Shown here: positions 42,273-52,500 of the stretch, piece by piece
Layout of the letters: every line of letters begins with the position of its first letter
Position numbering within the stretch: the stretch's first letter is position 1
Source of the DNA: Candidatus Woesebacteria bacterium
GTDB taxonomy: Bacteria; Patescibacteriota; Microgenomatia; UBA8517
DNA: 64,000 nucleotides
Assembly (NCBI GenBank): GCA_016700095.1
Contig: CP065002.1
Location: 304,463-368,462 of the forward strand
Direction: 5' to 3'
The notes under the pieces: model-generated
What the model was told of the DNA's origin: nothing
The model's database searches: none
What the model saw: the letters and a program-made list of their open reading frames with translations, nothing else
Made by a program: the position numbers and the translations under genes

Positions 42273-43097
42273 ATGAAAAGTTCACTTATAGAAAGACAAA
42301 ACCCCAAAGAATACATGCGAAGATACCTGAAGGTTGCTCCATTGGCACTTGCGATATTTAGGTCAATTGAGGCCAAAAATATATCAAGTGTAAAAATAGA
42401 AAAGCCAATTCTCGATGTCGGATGTGGCTTTGGTGAGTTTGCGGGAGTATTTTTTGACAGAAAAGTCGAAATGGGTCTGGATATTTCATGGAAGGAGCTC
42501 GTGACAGCTCAAAAATCACATAAGTATAAGAAGCTAACTTGGGTAGATGCAAGAGAAATGCCTTTTGCCGATAATCACTTTGGGACGGTTTTGTCGGTTT
42601 CTGTTTTGGAGCATATCAAAAACGTCGAACCGGTAATAAAAGAAATTTATAGAGTACTTAAAAAGGGAAACTTGTTTGTGTTTACGACCAACACCAATAA
42701 AATTAATAACTACTTATTTTGGCCTGAAAAATTTACAACTTGGGGTTATCCAAAACTGGCAAAGAAATATATTAAAATTTATCACAAGGTTTTTAAGCAC
42801 GAAACCTTGTGGACGAAGGATAAATGGCAGAAAGTATTGGAAAGAAACGGATTTGAAATTGTTGAAATAAGAGAAATAATATCTCCCGAGGCGACAAAGA
42901 TGTTTGATTTTTTTATCATGACTTCATGGCCATTTCAAATAATTAAAATAATTACCGGTAAACGTATGTCATGGCGCCCCAAGTGGTTTAGGGAAATGCT
43001 TGTTAAGCGTTTTGCTTACCTTGTGGAACAGGAGGAAACGGAGGGGAGTAATCTCTTTGTTGTGGCAAGAAAGAAGGGATTGGGCACTAGACAATAG
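42273..43097 (+). CDS. Class I SAM-dependent methyltransferase (274 aa)
   Basis: 'ILDVGCGFGEFAGVF' (motif I). 'VLSVSVLEHIKN'. 2 bp after the upstream stop. Confidence 0.7.
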   Translation: MKSSLIERQNPKEYMRRYLKVAPLALAIFRSIEAKNISSVKIEKPILDVGCGFGEFAGVFFDRKVEMGLDISWKELVTAQKSHKYKKLTWVDAREMPFADNHFGTVLSVSVLEHIKNVEPVIKEIYRVLKKGNLFVFTTNTNKINNYLFWPEKFTTWGYPKLAKKYIKIYHKVFKHETLWTKDKWQKVLERNGFEIVEIREIISPEATKMFDFFIMTSWPFQIIKIITGKRMSWRPKWFREMLVKRFAYLVEQEETEGSNLFVVARKKGLGTRQ

Positions 43098-43504
43098 GGA
43101 TTAGGAACCAGAATTGTGAATTATGTATCATGTATTACGAATAATGAATTGAGGGTTTCGTCGATAAATAAACTCGTTAATTTTCCTTTTACTAATTAAA
43201 ACCCATTAGAAAATACATTTCCCATTATGCGAGACGCTTTTGAAATATCAATACAAATACCTTCAAGTGTAAAAGCTATTCTTTTACATAATATGAGTAT
43301 TGGTATTAAAAATTTAGAGAGCATCCACGGGAATCCTACTTTTTTCTTGGACGAGCAAGAAATGAAGAATAATAATAAATAAAATTTAAACTTAAAGCTC
43401 CATCTGCCATCTGATGCCTTACATATTTCATTTGTTGGTAAGTAAGAGGTGATTTGTTATAATACAAATCCAGTTTAGATTAAAGTGCAATTTTAAGAAT
43501 AAAA

Positions 43505-43513
43505 AGGAGGTGA
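43505..43513 (+). promoter_or_regulatory. Shine-Dalgarno sequence AGGAGGTGA
   Basis: 7 nt upstream of the ATG at 43520. Confidence 0.6.
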
Positions 43514-43519
43514 TTATTT

Positions 43520-43765
43520 ATGAGTAAAGAAGACAAAAGACAGACATCGAAATTGGCTGCTACCGTGGGTTATTTGATAATACAAAATACTGGTGTACAA
43601 GTGATAGATCCAGGTCCTTATGCGGATAATAATCCTCCAATAATCGGACCAAGTAATACAAGAAGATGGAGTTCTGATGGAACAGAATTACCAAAATTAG
43701 TCGACCCATGGGATGCCTATAGTGAGGAAACAAAAAGGCTTGAAGAGGAAAGGAAAGCAGGATAA
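43520..43765 (+). CDS. Small hypothetical protein (81 aa)
   Basis: Strong RBS. Hydrophilic. Ends in the K/E-rich 'EETKRLEEERKAG'. Confidence 0.5.
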   Translation: MSKEDKRQTSKLAATVGYLIIQNTGVQVIDPGPYADNNPPIIGPSNTRRWSSDGTELPKLVDPWDAYSEETKRLEEERKAG

Positions 43766-43808
43766 AAACAATAAGAAATATAACATTAAGCAAATATTTA
43801 ATGATTAT

Positions 43809-43885
43809 GTCCTATCTTCCATATTGACCGCGTGGGCTTGTAGTGAGACAGTTATTATATGAGTGAGAAGAGTATTTTAGTGCTC
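43809..43885 (+). repeat. Duplicated ~75-bp leader and 5' end segment (copy 1) of the response-regulator gene
   Basis: 'gtcctatcttccatattgaccgcgtgggcttgtagtgagacagtta..atgagtgagaag.gtatttt' recurs at 44580..44656. There it forms the start of the REC gene. Confidence 0.8.
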
Positions 43886-44579
43886 AAAAGATACTTAAGT
43901 ACTCGTTCATGGTTTTACTTGGCACTAGATGTTTAATACTAAACATCTAGTGTTGGAGATCAGAGATTATCGGAAACTAGAGCACATAAATTGAATCCCA
44001 ATTTCCAAAATTAGATGATGTGGTTATCTATGTTTTGTTTGTTGTCAAAAAGCGACTTCGAGATTATAATCTAAAATCTCTAGGTTGAGGGTGCTAACAA
44101 TCAGATGTTTTTATTTTTTTGTTTAGTATAAAAAGCTATGAGTGAAATTACTAAGTTTGTTATTGGTACACGTTTTGTTCAGGATAGATTTGCAGAAATC
44201 CGAAGGGCGCGCGAGACTGAAGATACTTGGATTAGGGCAGTAGATGGTGAATATGGGATCCACAAAAACAGGATAAATGCAGGAAAAATGATGCAAGAAG
44301 AGTTGCGCAGCGTTGAAAAATGGACTCGCAGTTAAACGATGCTTTTTCATTATTAAAACTCTAACGCCTTTTTTCAAACACATCTTAAATACTCCGATAT
44401 AGAATTATATTTCTTTCCCAAGTTTTAGTTTTGTCATTCCTGACAGGATTAATAAATCTGGTGGAGTCAGTCTGAAGTAACAGCTTTGCAGACTGGAAAG
44501 ATGTAACCCGGCTAGTGAGGCAAGCACGGAAATGATAATTGTGCAATTATGGTTATTGAAACTCGTGTTCTTTAATTTA

Positions 44580-44656
44580 GTCCTATCTTACATATTGACC
44601 GCGTGGGCTTGTAGTGAGACAGTTAGTGTATGAGTGAGAAGTGTATTTTGGTGGCG
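44580..44656 (+). repeat. Duplicated leader and 5' end segment (copy 2, functional start of the REC gene)
   Basis: Near-identical to 43809..43885, with about 5 mismatches. Confidence 0.8.
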
Positions 44657-45004
44657 GAAGATGAAGACGCGCTGGCATATGCTTTAAAACTCAAACTCAA
44701 CCAGGCGGGTTTTAAGGTAAGGCTGGTTACCACAGGGGATGATGTATTGAAAGCTCTTGAAGAGCGGGAATATGATTTGTTACTTCTTGATATTCTGATG
44801 CCCGGCAAAAACGGTTTCGAGGTTATGGAAATCATGCGGGAAAAAGCTTACAAGACACCTGTTGTTATTTCGACGAATTTAAGTGATGACCGCGATATGG
44901 CACTTGCAAAGAAACTGGGCGCGAAAGCTTACTTGATCAAAACCGATTATAGTTTGGATGAAATCGTTGAAAAAATTGAAAAATGCCTAATAAAATGCGA
45001 TTAG
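44630..45004 (+). CDS. Stand-alone response-regulator receiver (REC/CheY-like) domain protein, 124 aa
   Basis: 'ILVAEDEDALAYAL...YDLLLLDILMPGKNGFEVMEIMREK...KAYLIK' shows the acidic pocket, the phospho-Asp in 'LLLLDI', and the T/K positions. Confidence 0.8.
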   Translation: MSEKCILVAEDEDALAYALKLKLNQAGFKVRLVTTGDDVLKALEEREYDLLLLDILMPGKNGFEVMEIMREKAYKTPVVISTNLSDDRDMALAKKLGAKAYLIKTDYSLDEIVEKIEKCLIKCD

Positions 45005-45017
45005 AAGGACTTGTAAA

Positions 45018-46139
45018 ATGAAGGTCAAGAAGTTAAAAAAATTACTCGTATCCATATCGGAATTTAGCGCCAAAAGATTAAATCTTGCCTTGGCGATTAC
45101 CTCCGGAATATTTTTAGTTGTCGCCTCGGGTCTTTATGTGTGGTCGCATTATAGTGCCGATAAAGCTTTAACGAACCAAATGCTTCACCGCCAACAAGTA
45201 ATTGCGCGGTCGGGAGCGGAGTCGATTGAGCATTTGTTTAGAGCAACGATCGACTCGATTACACTTTTGTCCGAAAGAGAAGAGCTACTTACTCCAACGG
45301 AAAGACAAAGTGCTTTGGACAGATATCTTGCGAACTGGAAGCATTTTTCTATCGTCGGGGTGTTTTTGACCGATGAGGACGGAACGATCGTCGTTAATTC
45401 AAGCAACGTCGGATCAAAGCTGGTCGGACAATCCATATCGGAAAGAGATTATTTCAAGCAAGCAATTAGAGAACCAAAAGGTGAGGTGTTTGTGAGTAAA
45501 CCATTTATTTCAGAAATAGGAAATGTTGCCGGAGATACTATTTTGACGTTTAGCATCCAGGTATATGATGAAAATGGTGACTTCACAGGCATTCTTACAT
45601 CGGTGTTTTTACTTAACGACGTTGTTAACGCATATCTTGATCCACTTCGAATATCGGATGCAACTCGGATTTCTTTGCTTGCCCCCAATGGCGATTTTTG
45701 GTACTCGCAAAATATCGATTTGATCGACAAGAATATCTATGCTGTCTTGGATAATTTTAACTTTCCAGGGAAAAGCGTATTTATATCAAAATTGACGAGC
45801 GGTTTGAACCAACTCACCGAAGGTAAATTAGACATCGTACGTCCTCTGGAGGAAAGTGAAGGCGTAGTGATTGAAAGGTCGCTAATTGCATACAGCCCGA
45901 TTAACTATCAACACGACAATTACCTTTATCTAATCGTGTCTAATCCGGCAGATGAGGCTTTTCAGTTTGATTCGACGTATAAAGCGATGAATTTCTGGAT
46001 GGTTATTGTAGTTGTTGCAGTCGTCCTTGCCTTTTCATTTTTTGTCGTCCTTGTAGTTCGCGTTGCGCAACGCGATTCCTACATAGAAGGGTATATTTAC
46101 GGACGAGACCAAATGGTTCATAAACCCAAAGAAAAATAA
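45018..46139 (+). CDS. Membrane-anchored Cache-like extracytoplasmic sensor protein without output domain (373 aa)
   Basis: N-terminal TM 'LALAITSGIFLVVASGLYVW', ~290 aa extracytoplasmic region, C-terminal TM 'FWMVIVVVAVVLAFSFFVVLVV'. No kinase or GGDEF domain. Confidence 0.5.
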   Translation: MKVKKLKKLLVSISEFSAKRLNLALAITSGIFLVVASGLYVWSHYSADKALTNQMLHRQQVIARSGAESIEHLFRATIDSITLLSEREELLTPTERQSALDRYLANWKHFSIVGVFLTDEDGTIVVNSSNVGSKLVGQSISERDYFKQAIREPKGEVFVSKPFISEIGNVAGDTILTFSIQVYDENGDFTGILTSVFLLNDVVNAYLDPLRISDATRISLLAPNGDFWYSQNIDLIDKNIYAVLDNFNFPGKSVFISKLTSGLNQLTEGKLDIVRPLEESEGVVIERSLIAYSPINYQHDNYLYLIVSNPADEAFQFDSTYKAMNFWMVIVVVAVVLAFSFFVVLVVRVAQRDSYIEGYIYGRDQMVHKPKEK

Positions 46140-46145
46140 ACTAAT

Positions 46146-46502
46146 ATGCCAATAATTACTTCTTTCGAATCACAGGAAAATTCTCCACAAAATATAATTT
46201 CTTCAATCTACCGAGGTCTTATACCAATAATTATTCTGATAGGTGGCATAACACTACTTTCCCTGAATTTACCCGGATGGAGTACGATAATCGGCTTGCC
46301 GACTACCATAATTGGTGCGGTTTTACTTATTTATGAATATGACAATTTCGTTACCAAAAAAGTAGTTTTGCCAAACGAAGAGAAAGTGCGATGTGACAGG
46401 TGTGGAAGATTAACTAGGCCATCGATAAACAGAACCTTGCATGATGGCGTGCTTTGTCCGTACTGTGTGTGGGAGGAAAAAAATTCCAAGAAAGTGAAAT
46501 AA
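46146..46502 (+). CDS. Small membrane protein with C-terminal CxxC...CxxC zinc-ribbon (118 aa)
   Basis: Two TM helices, then 'CDRCGRL...CPYC'. Confidence 0.5.
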   Translation: MPIITSFESQENSPQNIISSIYRGLIPIIILIGGITLLSLNLPGWSTIIGLPTTIIGAVLLIYEYDNFVTKKVVLPNEEKVRCDRCGRLTRPSINRTLHDGVLCPYCVWEEKNSKKVK

Positions 46503-46652
46503 ACCCGCTTCAAGCCTAGATTAATGTAATTATAATACCCTTACAATACAATGCCCGGGTGTATGGCTTATCAGTAGTTAATGGCAACATGCCTTGTGGG
46601 TGAGCTGGTGAGCTATAGATTGCAAGTTAACCCGAGTAAATTTTATAACCCA

Positions 46653-48788
46653 TTAGGGATTAATGGTGGGTGAGAGGACGGGCGTAATGCTTGGACTGGC
46701 ATCGCCTTGATTTTCCTCGACTACGGGTTCAGGTGGCGCATCGGTTTCGTTAAGATCAACCGGTGGAACAAGTATTTGTTCTTGACTTTCCGCAGGAGGT
46801 ACAAGGTTTTGAGACTCTTCTGGCGGTGTTTCAGCTACGGGTTTTGATGCAATCTGTGCTTCAATTTCTTCAAGAGCTTTTCTCGCCACTTCGTAGTCAT
46901 TTGAATTTTTGTCAACCAAAGACATGACTTGTGTAAGTTGAGTTCTTGCCTCTGTTAACTTGTTTTGTTGTTTATATGCAAACGCAAGGTTGTATCGGGC
47001 ATTGGCAAAATCTGGTTTCGTGCGAACTGCTAATTCAAAAAGTTGCTGTGCATTTGCATAATCACCCGCGGCGTAATGGATACCTCCTCTAGCCAGTCGC
47101 AGGTTGGGATTATACGGATCAAGAGCAATTGCCTGGGCAAAAGACTGAGATGCAAAGGTATCGGCACCTTTGGCAAGCGGGATAATGGTTTGATAAGTCC
47201 GAGCTAAAAGTTCCCAATTGCCTGCTCTTGTAGGATTAATAATTACGGTATTTCTTGCTTCACGGATTGCCTGCTGAATAAGTTGTGTAATTCTTTGTCG
47301 ATCTTCTTCGGATAGTTGACCGTTGTTTTGTGATGCCGTAGCCGCCATGGAATTGGCAATTGCCAAATTTACTTGCGAGTATCTGGCGTGATATCTATCA
47401 TCGTAAGGATTTTGGCCAATCGTTTTTTGCAACTGAGAATATGCCTCAACTCCTTGATTGTTGGCGATGAAATCAAGAGATTTTTTAAATGAATACTCGG
47501 CGGATATCAAACCAAACGAACGGAAAAATATCAACCCGACACCGATAAAAACAGGAAGTGAAAGTACTATAGCCGGAGCTCGGGAACTAATACTTTTACC
47601 GGCAGCACCCATCAAATGTACTTCACTGTGCGTTGTGAGTGAGAAACCGGTACTACTTGTTGTCGTAACCAAAGCAAGATAGAAAAATAAAAGCACGGCT
47701 AACAGTTCGGTCGATGGCAGAACGAGCATTAAGATGAGAAGTATCAGCGCCGAAATTAAGCGTCCAAACATTTCCTTGTCGGCTAAGTGTTCATGCTTTT
47801 TACTAATGCTCTCGCGGACAAATTTAATAGCGACGAAAAGTAAAAGAATCGTTGCCGCAACACCCAACATGCCTGTTTCCGCTATAGTTGTCAAGAAATA
47901 AGACGATGCAGTATTGAACTTAATAGTCCAATTATCAGTGTTGTTAAAGGATATTGGTCGATATCGGTTGAAAGCAGTCAGATAATTTCCTGGTCCAACG
48001 CCCATGAGAGGTGATTCCTTAAGTGAATCAACGGCAATTGTCCAACTGGTTTTTGTACTCGGTAATCTAAGTTGAGTTTGTTGTCCGGGCATTAATCTAT
48101 AAATTGATGCCATAAACGCAAATGCGACTACAACACTGCTTGTCCCAAGTAATATTTTCTTTGCTATATTTTTTTCGGTAATGAAAAGCATTACACCAAT
48201 AGGCAAAACAGAGAATAAAAAGATCGCACTCGGTAGATACCCACCAGCAGGGGTAAAGTATTTACTTTGCAAATAAGTAGGTAATCCCTTTGCGCTTGCG
48301 AAAACTCCTGTAAGTGCAATTAGAAGTATCAAAGAAAATACGATTCCAGATACGAAAAGTGATAAGGTTGTTATTTTCTTCCCTTTTTTATCCAACTGGT
48401 TAATCAAGAAATAAAGAAGTGACCCGCCAATTGCCGCCGTTGCCGTACCCGGAATTAGAAAAGCTTCCATTTTACTGGGACTTTTGAAATAAGCTCCAAT
48501 AAGATATACAAAGCCAAAAAGAAGGACGGGAAAATCAAATTTTCCGATAGACCAGGTGAGTTTTCCGTCTGTTATGGTTACTAAAGCTTTTAGAATGATC
48601 ATTAATCCGACACCTATAACCAAAATTAATAGTTTTGTCGGAATCCACGGGTTAGGGGAAAGCGGCGAAAATGCTATAGGCAATAAAAACACTAATCCGA
48701 CAGCTGTATATAAATATGATTTTTCTAGAATATTTTTCATTGTTAGCGATCTAGATACTATGTAATCCTTTTTACCCCAAAAAGTCAA
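46653..48788 (-). CDS. O-antigen ligase/polymerase-like (Wzy_C) membrane protein fused to TPR repeats and a Pro-rich C-terminal tail (711 aa)
   Basis: About 12 TM helices in the N-terminal 430 aa. TPR-like 'AQAIALDPYNPNLRLARGGIHYAAGDYANAQQLFELAVRTKPDFANARYNLAFAYKQQNKLTEA'. C-terminal 'PVAETPPEESQNLVPPAESQEQILVPP'. Confidence 0.65.
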   Translation of the reverse strand: MTFWGKKDYIVSRSLTMKNILEKSYLYTAVGLVFLLPIAFSPLSPNPWIPTKLLILVIGVGLMIILKALVTITDGKLTWSIGKFDFPVLLFGFVYLIGAYFKSPSKMEAFLIPGTATAAIGGSLLYFLINQLDKKGKKITTLSLFVSGIVFSLILLIALTGVFASAKGLPTYLQSKYFTPAGGYLPSAIFLFSVLPIGVMLFITEKNIAKKILLGTSSVVVAFAFMASIYRLMPGQQTQLRLPSTKTSWTIAVDSLKESPLMGVGPGNYLTAFNRYRPISFNNTDNWTIKFNTASSYFLTTIAETGMLGVAATILLLFVAIKFVRESISKKHEHLADKEMFGRLISALILLILMLVLPSTELLAVLLFFYLALVTTTSSTGFSLTTHSEVHLMGAAGKSISSRAPAIVLSLPVFIGVGLIFFRSFGLISAEYSFKKSLDFIANNQGVEAYSQLQKTIGQNPYDDRYHARYSQVNLAIANSMAATASQNNGQLSEEDRQRITQLIQQAIREARNTVIINPTRAGNWELLARTYQTIIPLAKGADTFASQSFAQAIALDPYNPNLRLARGGIHYAAGDYANAQQLFELAVRTKPDFANARYNLAFAYKQQNKLTEARTQLTQVMSLVDKNSNDYEVARKALEEIEAQIASKPVAETPPEESQNLVPPAESQEQILVPPVDLNETDAPPEPVVEENQGDASPSITPVLSPTINP

Positions 48789-48928
48789 GGGTGTTTTAGA
48801 ACAAAGTAAATCTCAATCAAACTCAACATATACTAATATGTATTAATGTATATTATGATATAGAAAGATATCTTACTATAGATAGTATAGACACTTCTAA
48901 TTTTCAATTTTTATTAAGTGTTTGATGA

Positions 48929-49480
48929 TCAAACTTGATTAACTCTATTTGATAGTTTCCGGCTTTGGTACATCCTTTCTGTAAATCCACCTTTTTCAAG
49001 AAAATCGTTCTCAAGTTTGTTAACTAGTTGATCGAGAAGATAATTGGTTTGGTGGATGAGGCAGATGATAGTATTAGCTGTATTCTCTGCGTTATCAAAA
49101 AAACTTGCATATGTCTCATAGGTCTTATCGGACTTATAGGCCAGTTTGCGGATGAATTGAGCTTTAGAAGTATTTTTGTTCCACAATTCGTGTTTATTTT
49201 GGCGCAGATAGTCTTGATAATCCAACAGCAATTCCTCAAGACTACCTCTGGCATTTTGAATTAGTTTAAGTTCCAGTTTTTTGCTTGTAGAATTAATGCT
49301 GTCTTCAGCGATACATTGTTTACATGAACGGGCAGCTCCATTTAATTGACTTGCAAGTTTGTAGTCTTTAATCCACTTATTATAAAAGTAGTAAGTTGCA
49401 TCGGCGATAATTTCTGAGTTTTGGTAACTTTTGAGATTTTTATAGCCTCCGTGAGGAGGAATTAGGTTTGTGTTATTCAT
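48929..49480 (-). CDS. Four-helix-bundle family protein (TIGR02436-like) with N-terminal extension, 183 aa
   Basis: 'SQLNGAARSCKQCIAEDS' and 'NARGSLEELLLDYQDYL' resemble the conserved Q..RAA.S...NIAEG / ..A.GS..E family signature. Confidence 0.45.
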   Translation of the reverse strand: MNNTNLIPPHGGYKNLKSYQNSEIIADATYYFYNKWIKDYKLASQLNGAARSCKQCIAEDSINSTSKKLELKLIQNARGSLEELLLDYQDYLRQNKHELWNKNTSKAQFIRKLAYKSDKTYETYASFFDNAENTANTIICLIHQTNYLLDQLVNKLENDFLEKGGFTERMYQSRKLSNRVNQV

Positions 49481-49508
49481 ATTTATTTAAAATTAAAAAT
49501 TAAAACAC

Positions 49509-52500
49509 TTACGGCGCTCCTTCAGCCGGACCAAAGTATGCACTTCCAAAGTTCATTATTTGTCTTATTTGATCTTCTGACAGGACGTAGTTATAAATAC
49601 GCACATCATCTATTTGCCCATCGAAATAATTTGTCCCGTCGTAGCCGATGAGAAAATTTGTTGCATTATTTGCACCTATTCCTGCGGTATCGGTACCTGT
49701 TAATATCCCATCTACGTAATATTTAGTTGTCGTATCGTTATTTGTCACTGCAATATGGTGCCATGAACCTGTTAGTACCTTGGCGGAAGCATCGTCTTCG
49801 GTTGTACTTCCGTTATACCAGTAAACGTCGCCGTCTGCATTTATGCCAAGTTCATATTGAGTGCCTTTGGATACAACTACATTGTCCGCTTCGTTGCCGC
49901 CGGTTTTTACCCACGCTGAAATACTAATGTTATTGGGAAGATCCAATACTTCGTCGTCGGTTATCGACACCAAGTCATCCGTATCGTCAAAATCCAAACT
50001 CGCATGATATTTTCCGGTCGTACCGTTATCCCACATCTCATCACCATTTCCGCTGCTACATGTTCCAACTCCGCCACTGTTTGTTCCGCTTCCTCCTTCG
50101 GTTATGGTTCCATTGTTGCCATTTCCACTTGCATCGTTGGCGGTTGATCCTTGGCATTCGTCCAGTCTCCACCAACCGACTGGCTTGCCTCGGTTGTAGT
50201 CGTAGGCTATTTGGGCTGGAGTACGAATGTAATTATAAAACTTTACTTCATCGATAAGCCCGTCGAAGTATTGCGACAATCCAAAACGACTTCTAAATCC
50301 AACTTCAAAGTCACCGCCATTGCTACCAAAGGTGTTGGTTATTGCGTGAGTCGAATCAAGTCGACCGTCAATGTAGATGTTTAGTGTAGTGTAGTTGTAA
50401 GTTGCAGCAACATGATACCATCTACCCGGTGCTAATACTGTTGTGGAGGATTTACTGCTGACAAAGTCTTCGAATTCTAGTGTTCCATCGGTTGCTACTG
50501 AGAATGTCCATTCGTCTCCTACACCGTTGACATATCCGACAATTGTCATTTCATCACTTCCGTTTATTGCGTCGATATTTATCCACGCTTGAGCTGTAAA
50601 TGCGGCGACGTTGGTCGGATCTGTAGTTAAAGATATATATTGAGAACTGTCTCTTTCGAAATCAAGAGCGCTTCCATATTTGCCGGGCACCCAACTTCCT
50701 TCCGTAAAATTAGTGAGTGTTCCATGATATTGATTTGATCCCTTGTTGTAAGTTGTGGTAGTGCCGGTGTTTTCATCAAATGTGTAGTATACGACAGGAG
50801 TGGCATCCGCACCGTCTTCCAATTGGTCTTGTTCGTCATATCCGGTACCGAAATTGACCGCTGCATTTGCATTAACAATTAAGTTCATCTGGTCTTGGGT
50901 GAGTACGGAAGAAAATATCTGCACATCATCGAGAAGTCCGTCAAACGGTCCTGATGAAATATCGTTTGCATCGCCAATTACAAAAGTATCTGCTGTTGCT
51001 GAAGTCATGCTACTTTCTGCGGCGGTTGCTTCGAGACGGCCATTTAGGTATAGATTTATCGTGGTACCGTTATAAGTTAAAAACGCATGATACCAAGTAT
51101 TGGGTGAAAGAACGGTTGTTCCTTCGACTGCATTGTTTGCGCCATCGTGCCAAAGCATGCCAAGTCTGTTGTTGTCTAAGCCTACTGTTAGCCGTGGATT
51201 ATTTGCCGACCTTCTTTGTGTGACCATGTACTGTGTCAGATTTGCCGAATTACCCATACTTCCGGCATCGTGCGAATAAAACCACAAAGAGATACTTACA
51301 TTTGAAGTCACGTTACTGGGGATAGTTGAATCGATCCAGTCGTTACTTCCATCAAATTCCATGGATGAATTTATTTTTCCTTCTGTATTCCATGTTGGGC
51401 AGTCGGACACACCAGCTTGAGGGCAGGCGACACCTGAACCTGCCAGATTACCATTGTAACTTCCAACAGCATCGTAGGAATAATCGCCGGACATTTCGTC
51501 GAAACGGTAACGGGCAATTTGGCTTCCTATTGGGGAACCGCCGATCGGATGTCCACCATTTAAATCTTCCACTATTTGTGAAGCAGTTCTTGCGTAATTA
51601 TAAATTCTGATATCGTCAATTGTGCCTTCCAGGTAATTTGTATCAGCGGTTCTGCCTATTTCAAAATTACTGGCGTTTTCGGCAGTTGCCGTTGTTACCG
51701 CAACGTGTTGCCAGACACCTGCAGTAAGTGTCGTCCCTTGAACACCGTTTATGTAAATGGTTGGACCCGAAAGTCCAGTTGCACTTATTGTTCCACCGGA
51801 TGCGGATATTAAATCGGTGGTGGATGTTAAATTGACGAAATATTCGGTAGTGGTTACCGGTTTTACCCAAAAAGCGACAGTGTTTACTTTGGTTGGGCCA
51901 GTTCCGATATCGATAAAATCAGCGCTGCCGTCTAGGTAAAGACCGGAGCCATAATTTCCCGGCACCCAAGAGTTTTCTGTGATACTTGTCAGCGTTCCGG
52001 TAAAACCATTTGCGGATTTATCACCAACTGAGGTTGTGCCCGTGTTTTCATCCAGAGGATAATAGGCAACAGGACCCGGTGCCCAGTTGTAGAGATTTTG
52101 AATGTCGGCAGGGGAAAGTGTGCGGTTATATATTCTAACATCGTCAATATGTCCGTCGAAATAATTTGCCGCAGAATCATCTGCTCCAATTACGGTTTCA
52201 CCGGCATTATCGTTAATTGATGATGGTATTGTACCTGACTGTGTACTTGGTATTTCAACGCCGTTTGCATATATTTTTAGAGTTTGACTCTCTGCGTTGT
52301 AAGTACCGACGACGTGTGTGAAAATATTTGCCGTTATATCCAGCGCTGTAGTTGCCTGATAATTGCTGGCAGAATCAATGTACATTCGCACCTCGTTTCC
52401 TTCGAGAGCTAATAAATAACTGGTGTTTGTACCATCCCATTTTCCGACAATGTTTTGTGATCCGGTTGTGTCATCGGGATTAATCCAAGCGCTCAAAGTG

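Noticed and set aside
44123-44383. Two mutually overlapping small ORFs: 44138..44335 on the plus strand (65 aa) and 44123..44383 on the minus strand (86 aa)
   Set aside because: I cannot decide which strand is coding, if either. Neither has a convincing RBS or a recognisable motif, so neither was reported as a feature.
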